Below, in pieces: positions 57,373-64,000 of a stretch of 64,000 bases of DNA. The stretch covers positions 1,717 through 65,716 of the forward strand of contig CALWLL010000039.1 in assembly GCA_944381555.1 (NCBI GenBank). The letters are read 5' to 3'. Each line of letters opens with the position of its first letter. Within the stretch, counting starts at the first letter, position 1. Origin of the DNA: an uncultured Agathobacter sp. Lineage in GTDB: Bacteria; Bacillota; Clostridia; Lachnospirales; Lachnospiraceae. The translations under genes and the position numbers were made by a program. The notes under the pieces are model-generated. The model did no database searches and was not told the origin of the DNA. It saw only the letters and a program-made list of their open reading frames with translations.

Positions 57373-58269
57373 TTAACCCTTAATACCGCTTCGGCTTACG
57401 CCTGCCATAATGTATTTTCTCAAGAAGATAAATACAAGGAATAATGGAGCGGATACGATAGCTACAGCCGCCATCTGTACAGGATAGTTTACGTCACCTG
57501 TGGTTTCCGTGAAGGCATTACGAAGACCGTTTGTTATCAGACGGTGTTCTGCATCATTTGCAACTAATCTTGGCCAGATGTAAGAGTTCCATGCACCCAT
57601 CATCTTTAAGATAGTGATAGAAATCAACGTCGGCAAGGCAAGCGGAATCATAACTTTACACAGATATTTAATATCACTTGTACCATCTACTTTAGCAGCA
57701 AGGTATAGTTCATTTGGAATCTGCATAAAATTCTGTTTCAGAAGATAAATGTAAAACACACTCACAAGGAACGGAACAATAAGTACCGTAAACGTATTCA
57801 GCCATCCGAGCTGCGTTACCGTCTGGTAATTTGTAATTGTGAAAAGTTCACCCGGAATCATCATTGTTGCAAGCATTAAGCCGAATAGAGTTTCTTTTCC
57901 TTTGAACTCAAGTCTTGCAAATGCAAAAGCACAAAGAATTGTGATAACCAATGATAACAGCGTTGATACGAGTCCAACATATAAGGTATTCAAAAATAAG
58001 CGGCCAAGATTGGCTGTGGTAAACGCTTCTACATAATTGCTGAGCATAATCTTCTGCGGCCAGAAGGTTGGAACGCTCATACGATATTCTTCCAATGTTT
58101 TTACAGAAGAGATGAGCATCCAGTAAAATGGAAAAAGCACGATAAGCGCCATAACAAGCAGGAATGCATATACGCCGACTTTAACCAGCGCTTGAACAAC
58201 CTTCTGCTGTGCAGACACCTTCTGCATGTCTTTTTCACGCATAACGATATTTTTTTTACTTGTTGTCAT
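57373..58269 (-). CDS. ABC transporter permease (MalG/UgpE-like)
   Basis: 298-aa polytopic ORF with an EAA-type loop (LYLAAKVDGTSDIKYLCKVMIPLALP). Confidence 0.85.
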   Translation of the reverse strand: MTTSKKNIVMREKDMQKVSAQQKVVQALVKVGVYAFLLVMALIVLFPFYWMLISSVKTLEEYRMSVPTFWPQKIMLSNYVEAFTTANLGRLFLNTLYVGLVSTLLSLVITILCAFAFARLEFKGKETLFGLMLATMMIPGELFTITNYQTVTQLGWLNTFTVLIVPFLVSVFYIYLLKQNFMQIPNELYLAAKVDGTSDIKYLCKVMIPLALPTLISITILKMMGAWNSYIWPRLVANDAEHRLITNGLRNAFTETTGDVNYPVQMAAVAIVSAPLFLVFIFLRKYIMAGVSRSGIKG

Positions 58270-58281
58270 ACTGCACCCCTC

Positions 58282-59226
58282 TTAATAATAAACACTCTTT
58301 TTACCAAATCTCATGTTCAGTCTTGTAACAATCAAAATAATTACGAATAGAATCAATGCCGCTGCACTGGCACGTCCCTGATGCTTATTTTCTAAGGCTT
58401 CATAAACGAAACCTACCATTGTGTTCAGGCGTCCCGGAGCATCCGGCGGTCCCATAGTTTCTCCGAAAATACCTACGATACTGGTATATTCTTTAAATCC
58501 GCCGATAAAGCCTGTGATAATTACATAAGCAAGCATTGGCGAAAGAAGCGGCACAGTGATGCGTGCAAATACACGGCTTCGTGAGGTGCCGTCTACTTTT
58601 GCCGCATCATAATACTGGGCGTTGATTGACTGCAAACCGCCAAGCAATACGAGAATCTTGAATGGTAATGCATTCCATACGATATACACAACCATTACCG
58701 TAATGTTTGCCCAATACTGCGAACCTGCGTTAATCCAGTTGACTCTTTCCCCGCCGAAAAATTCAATCACGTTATTGATAATACCGGCAGTCTGTATAAT
58801 CTCGTTCTCCGTGCCATGAAAACTACCTACAATGTTGAACATTGCCGCAAAAACCATACCGATTGCAATAGAGTTTGTTACATATGGCAGGAAGAAGATT
58901 GTCTGTAAAATTTTTTGCAGACCTTTGATAGAATTCAAAGCTACTGCAATGAGCAATGCTAAAAGTGTGGATATCGGCACAGTCAACACACAAAGCAGGA
59001 TGGTGTTCTGCATACACTGTAAGAATTTCTTGTATTCGATAACCTTAAGGAAATTACCGATACCAAATTCAAATGTCGCACCGCCAACTTCTGCCTGCGC
59101 ACTATAGCCTTCCAGAAAAGCCATACGCAGAGTGTTAATGATTGGCCATACAGTAAACACCAGCAACAGAATGATTGCAGGTGATAAGTAGAGCCACGCT
59201 TTCCACTGTTGTTTGTTATCTACCAT
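58282..59226 (-). CDS. ABC transporter permease (MalF/UgpA-like)
   Basis: 314-aa polytopic ORF with an EAA loop (YYDAAKVDGTSRSRVFARITVPLLSP). Confidence 0.85.
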   Translation of the reverse strand: MVDNKQQWKAWLYLSPAIILLLVFTVWPIINTLRMAFLEGYSAQAEVGGATFEFGIGNFLKVIEYKKFLQCMQNTILLCVLTVPISTLLALLIAVALNSIKGLQKILQTIFFLPYVTNSIAIGMVFAAMFNIVGSFHGTENEIIQTAGIINNVIEFFGGERVNWINAGSQYWANITVMVVYIVWNALPFKILVLLGGLQSINAQYYDAAKVDGTSRSRVFARITVPLLSPMLAYVIITGFIGGFKEYTSIVGIFGETMGPPDAPGRLNTMVGFVYEALENKHQGRASAAALILFVIILIVTRLNMRFGKKSVYY

Positions 59227-59227
59227 A

Positions 59228-60331
59228 TTACTTCACCTCGAAATAAATTCTCTCTTCTGTCTCTTTGTTGAAAACGAACATCTTGTGTGGTTTAATAGAG
59301 TATCTGACTGTTTCGCTTTCTGTGTTTACTTTGTTATCTGAGTTAATGATAGAACGGATTACAGGGTTAAGAGAAGCCGCATTCGTAGATACTACGCTTA
59401 CGTCACGCCCCATAACTTCTACGTTCTCTAATTTACAATGGAACGGTCCGTTCTCGTCAAGGTTAAATCCTTCCGGACGGATACCAATGATTACATCCTG
59501 ATCAGCAGCATCTTTTACCTCCATCACAGCATCTTCACCGATATAAACCTTTCCACCTTTAATCTTTCCATCGAAAACGTTAATCGGTGGTGTTCCGAGG
59601 AATTTTGCAACAAAAAGGTTTACCGGATTATCATATACCTCCTGTGGTTTTCCAATCTGCTGAACAACACCAAGCTTCATAACTACGATTAAGTCAGAAA
59701 TGGACATTGCTTCTTCCTGATCATGTGTTACAAATACGGTTGTGATACCTGTTTCTTTCTGGATTCTTCTGATTTCTTCACGGGTCTGCAAACGGAGTCT
59801 CGCATCAAGGTTAGAAAGAGGCTCGTCCAAAAGAAGGATACGCGGCATTTTAACGAGTGCTCTGGCAATCGCAACACGCTGCTGCTGTCCGCCGGAAAGC
59901 TCATTTGGTTTGCGGTCCATAAGTTCATCGATTTGAACTAATTTTGCCGCATAATACGCTCTTTCCAACATTTCCTCCTTGCTCATTTTCTCTTCGCCCT
60001 TTAAGTTCTGCAGTGGAAATAAAATGTTCTGCTTAACTGTCATGTGCGGATAAAGGGCATAGTTCTGGAACACAAGACCTATACCTCTCTTTTCGGTGGC
60101 AAGTTCTGTCACATCGTCATCTCCGAAATAAATTTTACCGCTAGTTGGCTTCTGCAAACCACTGAGCATATAAAGTGTGGTACTTTTTCCGCAGCCGGAT
60201 GGTCCAAGCAAACCAATTAATTTACCATCTGGAATCTCAAAGTTAAAGTTATTTACTGCAATAACTTCTTCGTTTGATTTTTTGTTACGGCTTGGGAAGA
60301 TTTTTGTTAAATTCTCTAATACAACTTTCAT
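59228..60331 (-). CDS. ABC transporter ATP-binding protein (MalK/UgpC/MsmX type)
   Basis: The ATG at 60331 gives MKVVLENLTKIF. Walker A is GPSGCGKST, the signature is LSGGQQQR and Walker B is LLLDEP. It has a C-terminal TOBE-like domain. The ORF-track start at 60376 over-extends. Confidence 0.9.
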   Translation of the reverse strand: MKVVLENLTKIFPSRNKKSNEEVIAVNNFNFEIPDGKLIGLLGPSGCGKSTTLYMLSGLQKPTSGKIYFGDDDVTELATEKRGIGLVFQNYALYPHMTVKQNILFPLQNLKGEEKMSKEEMLERAYYAAKLVQIDELMDRKPNELSGGQQQRVAIARALVKMPRILLLDEPLSNLDARLRLQTREEIRRIQKETGITTVFVTHDQEEAMSISDLIVVMKLGVVQQIGKPQEVYDNPVNLFVAKFLGTPPINVFDGKIKGGKVYIGEDAVMEVKDAADQDVIIGIRPEGFNLDENGPFHCKLENVEVMGRDVSVVSTNAASLNPVIRSIINSDNKVNTESETVRYSIKPHKMFVFNKETEERIYFEVK

Positions 60332-60375
60332 ACTTCTCCCTTTCGTATATATTATTTTTTGTACTAGTTGCTGCA

Positions 60376-61137
60376 CTAATATGCCTGATGTGCCGCCTGT
60401 TCTGCATGCATCTTCTCTTTGTATGCAATCAGGTCTGCTTCGCTGTCAAAAATCATCTGGCTTGCCAAATCAACGACAACCGTTTTCGCAAGAACATCAT
60501 GTATCATAGAGTTAGTATTTGTTGCTATCAATAAAATAACCTGCACCAGCAGAATCAAGCCAATAATTATAGGACCAGCAATTCCAATAGCATTAAAAAA
60601 TATCATCATAAGGATTATTACCGGAATCATGGTCTCAATAGTAAATTTTCCGAGAACAGTACGGATGAACATAAGCGGTCCTACTACTTTAATTCCATCC
60701 GTTCGCATTACTCCAAGTCCGAAAATCTTCTTTCCGAGAGTTTGTCCATTACCCAGAATGTTTGGAATCACGAACTCCAAAATGATAAATGCAAGCAATA
60801 TACTTAATGTTGCAATCAAAATCGACAAATTAAATACCATATTATATGCATAGACAGCTTCCTTGTCTGCGATAAGCGCATCATAGGCAGCATCCCAGTT
60901 GGCCCTATCCTCTTCTGACATGCTTTCATATTCCTCGTATGTGATTTCAAACGCAATGCCATACTGCTTCTCATATTTATCGTATGCAGCATTCATATCG
61001 TTGTTATATTTGTCATATCCTAGAACAGATGACAAAAACGTTGCCAGACCAACAACTACAATTCCTAAAATAATGAAGTCAAAAAGAAACGCAGACGCTC
61101 TTTTCCACATGCTTGCTTTCTGTAAATCGTATACCAT
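60376..61137 (-). CDS. RDD-family membrane protein
   Basis: 253-aa ORF. WKRASAFLFDFIILGIV is an RDD-type N-terminal segment. It has several TM helices. First gene of the operon. Confidence 0.65.
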   Translation of the reverse strand: MVYDLQKASMWKRASAFLFDFIILGIVVVGLATFLSSVLGYDKYNNDMNAAYDKYEKQYGIAFEITYEEYESMSEEDRANWDAAYDALIADKEAVYAYNMVFNLSILIATLSILLAFIILEFVIPNILGNGQTLGKKIFGLGVMRTDGIKVVGPLMFIRTVLGKFTIETMIPVIILMMIFFNAIGIAGPIIIGLILLVQVILLIATNTNSMIHDVLAKTVVVDLASQMIFDSEADLIAYKEKMHAEQAAHQAY

Positions 61138-61213
61138 TTATTCTTTCCTGTTTATGTTTCTATAAATCACTATTTTCTTACGCTCTTTAAAAAAGCGCAT
61201 TTTACCACAAGGT

Positions 61214-61242
61214 AGTATAACACATTTTTTTGCAAATTCCAA
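61214..61242 (-). promoter_or_regulatory. sigma-A promoter of the RDD-ABC-nuclease-OB operon
   Basis: Minus strand reads TTGGAA-17 nt-TATACT with an extended -10 TG. Confidence 0.55.
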
Positions 61243-61310
61243 CTAAACTAAATATAATATATGAAATGCATATAAAAAAGGACAACATTCCTGTTTTTAT
61301 AGTTATTTTT

Positions 61311-61350
61311 AATAAAAAGGCCACTATCTGTAAAAATAGTGACCTTTTCT
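61311..61350. terminator. terminator after pgi
   Basis: Stem GGCCACTAT/ATAGTGACC flanked by an A-tract and a T-tract. Confidence 0.7.
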
Positions 61351-61357
61351 TTATATA

Positions 61358-62938
61358 TTATATATTTAATAAATCGCTGTATGCCTGAAGCGCTCCATCG
61401 GTTTCATGAGCAAGCACGCGGGTTGCTAATACTTTACCAAGCTGTACGCCCTCCTGGTCAAAACTGTTGACATTCCATACAAATCCCTGGAACATAACCT
61501 TGTTTTCAAAGTGTGCAAGAAGTACGCCAAGCGTCTTTGGATTTAACTGCTCCCCAATGATGATGCTTGATGGCCGTCCGCCTTCAAAGTTCTTGTTGCG
61601 GTTTTCATCCGCTTTTCCACATGCAAATGCTACAATCTGTGCGACAACATTCGCACAAAGCTTTTGCTGGCTTGTGCTGCCTTTAATCACAACATCTTTC
61701 TCCATCTGGTTGCTCTTAAATCCAACAAACTGAAGCGGTATGATGTCTGTTCCCTGATGAAGCAACTGATAGAAGGAATGCTGTCCGTTTGTTCCCGGTT
61801 CTCCAAAGATTACAGGACCTGTCACATAGTTTACAGGTTCTCCGAAACGATTTACGGATTTTCCGTTTGATTCCATATCCAACTGCTGCAAGTGGGCCGG
61901 GAAACGGCTAAGCGCCTGTGAATACGGAAGAACTGCCGTATTCTGATATCCCAGTATGTTGCGTTCATAAACACCAATAAGTGCATCTAACATGGCAGGG
62001 TTCTTTTGAATATCAGCGTTTGTCGCTGTTTTGTCAGCTTCTGCCGCGCCATCCAAAAACTGTGCAAATACATCCGGTCCAAATGCAAGGGATAGTACTG
62101 CCCCTCCAACCGCTGATGTGGAGGAGTAACGTCCGCCGATATAATCATCCATAAAGAATGCTGCCAAATAATCCTTGCTCTTTGCAAGCGGAGATGTTTC
62201 GCTGGTAACAGCAATCATATGTTTTGCAGGATCTAATCCGGCATTTTTCAACGCATCTTTCACAAAGGATTCATTTGTTAATGTTTCAAGCGTTGTACCT
62301 GATTTTGATACAAGCACGAAAATGGAGTGCGCCGCATCAATTGTACTTAAAACGCCCGCTGCATCATCCGGGTCTACGTTACTGATGAATTTTGCTTCCA
62401 TTTTTAAGGTGTGATTCACTTTTGCCCAGTTTTCGAGTGCTAGATACATAGCTCTAGGTCCTAAATCACTGCCGCCGATACCAATCTGAACAACCGTAGT
62501 AAATTTCTCTCCTGCTGCGTTGGTGATTTCTCCGTTATGTACTTTGTTTGCAAATTCGGCTATTTTCTTCTGCTCACCTACATAGAAAGTACGTTTATCA
62601 ACACCATCTGCTGTAACCGCTTTCCCTAACTGTCCACGAGTCATATGGTGGAGTACCAGACGCTTTTCTCCAGTATTTATAACTTCCCCATTATAGAGAG
62701 ACGCAAACTTCTCTACAAGCTGCGTTTCTTCTGCCAATTTTGCAAGAACTTCCAGCATGGTATCATCTACCTGCTTTGCCGCATAATTATACGCAAGTCC
62801 TTCTGCCATCGGAACGCTGTATTTTCTGACACGGTCTGCGCCGTTTTCTCCAGCCAGCACCTCTGCAAGATTAACTTTCGCAGCTTTTTGGAGTTCCCCG
62901 TATGCCTTAACAGTATCTAAATTATTCCAGGTGATCAT
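61358..62938 (-). CDS. pgi: glucose-6-phosphate isomerase
   Basis: 526-aa ORF with IGIGGSDLGP, SKSGTTLET and PGI-type C-terminal motifs. AAGGAGG RBS. Confidence 0.93.
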   Translation of the reverse strand: MITWNNLDTVKAYGELQKAAKVNLAEVLAGENGADRVRKYSVPMAEGLAYNYAAKQVDDTMLEVLAKLAEETQLVEKFASLYNGEVINTGEKRLVLHHMTRGQLGKAVTADGVDKRTFYVGEQKKIAEFANKVHNGEITNAAGEKFTTVVQIGIGGSDLGPRAMYLALENWAKVNHTLKMEAKFISNVDPDDAAGVLSTIDAAHSIFVLVSKSGTTLETLTNESFVKDALKNAGLDPAKHMIAVTSETSPLAKSKDYLAAFFMDDYIGGRYSSTSAVGGAVLSLAFGPDVFAQFLDGAAEADKTATNADIQKNPAMLDALIGVYERNILGYQNTAVLPYSQALSRFPAHLQQLDMESNGKSVNRFGEPVNYVTGPVIFGEPGTNGQHSFYQLLHQGTDIIPLQFVGFKSNQMEKDVVIKGSTSQQKLCANVVAQIVAFACGKADENRNKNFEGGRPSSIIIGEQLNPKTLGVLLAHFENKVMFQGFVWNVNSFDQEGVQLGKVLATRVLAHETDGALQAYSDLLNI

Positions 62939-63092
62939 AATGATTCCTCCTTAAAAATGTATGTGTTTCTAAATAGCGTCTATTTTGAACATGGAATATT
63001 ATACTATTAAAATATTATGAATTCAAGCAAATCAGACTTGCAAAAATATTGTTATACAAAATAATGCAGCAAAACATCTTTCTCATAATGGC

Positions 63093-63958
63093 TTACTTCA
63101 TAATCACCATAGCAAGTGTTCCCGCAGTCATCATTATAAGTCCGAGCAGCGCTTTTTTGCTTAATTTTTCTTTAAAAACTATATATGCGAACAAAACGGA
63201 CACCAGAATGCTCATTTTGTCAATCGGCACCACTACACTTACATCACCTTTTTGAATCGCATAGTAGTAAAACAACCATGATGCTCCTGTTGCGATTCCG
63301 GAAAAGACTATAAAAATAAGTTCCCTTCTGTCTGTTTGAAGTATCTGATTTGCTTTTCCTTTTGCAAATACAATTCCAAAAGCTACTGCCAATACAACAA
63401 TTGTACGAATAGCCGTAGCAAGATTCGATTCTACATCACTTATGCCGATTTTCGCTAAAATTGACGTTGCTGCCGCAAATACCGCAGATAGAAGTGCATA
63501 AACAAGCCAGCTCTTTTTTCATCCGTTTTCTCCACAGCTTTCTTTTCAACCATAAGAAATGCTCCGATTCCTATCAAAACCGTAGAAATAAGCTTTATGA
63601 TCAAATGGTTCCTTTCTCCAAAGAGAACAATTGCCGCCAAAACCGTAAGTACTATGCTTGATTTATCAATCGGAACAACCTTATTAATGTCTCCAATAGA
63701 CAAGGCTTTAAAATAGCAAATCCACGAAAGTCCTGTTACCAGTCCTGAAAGCACCAAAAATACCAGCGACTTCATGCTGATATCTGCAATGCTTTCAAAG
63801 GAACCTGCGACAAAAACCATAATCCACGAGAATATGAGTATAACTCCCGTTCGAAGCGCCGTTGCTATATCCGAATCCGTTTTCTTTATACCACATTTTG
63901 CTAATATAGACGTAATAGCCGCAAAAACAGCAGATAAAATTGCGGCAGCTATCCACAT
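63093..63958 (-). pseudogene. EamA/DMT-family transporter interrupted by a frameshift in an A6 run
   Basis: The first EamA half is ORF 63455-63958. The second half reads in another frame, KKSWLVYALLSAVFAAATSILAKIGISDVESNLATAIRTIVVLAVAFG..., back to a TGA at 63519-63521. It has no ATG/GTG/TTG before 63392. The frames meet at the T6/A6 run at 63514-63519. Confidence 0.6.
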
Positions 63959-64000
63959 ATCCGTTCTCCTCCATAATAACAGCGAATCCCAAAAAGCAGC

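Noticed and set aside
1-64000. Search for mobile elements, prophage remnants, toxin-antitoxin pairs, restriction-modification or other defence islands, and tRNA/rRNA genes.
   Set aside because: I found no ORFs resembling a transposase, integrase, recombinase, Cas protein, restriction enzyme or methylase. I found no cloverleaf-like tRNA sequences and no flanking direct or inverted terminal repeats.

Overview
This window is a chromosomal segment from a flagellated, low-GC Clostridia-type Firmicute. The gene content looks Lachnospiraceae-like, but I cannot verify the taxon. I found no rRNA, tRNA, CRISPR array, transposase, integrase or prophage genes.

**Layout**
- **1-16.6 kb, ordinary core region (minus strand):** rpmG-secE-nusG-rplKAJL-rpoBC-rpsLG-fusA-tuf. 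It has near-consensus sigma-A promoters and an L10 leader/attenuator.
- **16.7-38.5 kb, late flagellar region:** flgM-flgN-flgK-flgK'-flgL-fliW-csrA-flaG-fliD-fliS-(fliT-like). These are followed by two tandem flagellin genes with TAAA-N15-TCCGATA sigma-28 promoters and CsrA-type GGA hairpins in their leaders. Next comes an operon of two GT2+TPR glycosyltransferases and a PHP phosphoesterase. An outlying trio follows: an orphan FliD paralogue, a Cys-pair helical protein and a 140-aa mini-flagellin.
- **38.5-44.4 kb, housekeeping or carbohydrate genes:** DUF3737-like protein, GH127, probable PPi-PFK and a membrane-anchored papain-like protein.
- **44.4-61.2 kb, the most interesting part, dense in nucleic-acid turnover genes:**
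  - an HD(dGTPase-like)-NrnA-NrnA-SurE operon;
  - a secreted protein with 3 OB-like repeats;
  - a small cytoplasmic protein translationally coupled to a NucA/EndA-type lipoprotein nuclease;
  - a 64-bp periodic hairpin repeat lying between convergent terminators;
  - a 7-gene operon joining an RDD protein, a sugar-type (CUT1) ABC importer, a thermonuclease lipoprotein and a 4x OB-repeat lipoprotein.
- **61.3-64 kb:** pgi and an EamA transporter broken by a frameshift in an A6 run.

**Best candidate for a new system:** I read the 7-gene operon as a candidate extracellular nucleic-acid capture, cleavage and import system.

All functional calls rest on motif and family recognition by eye. No database search was run.
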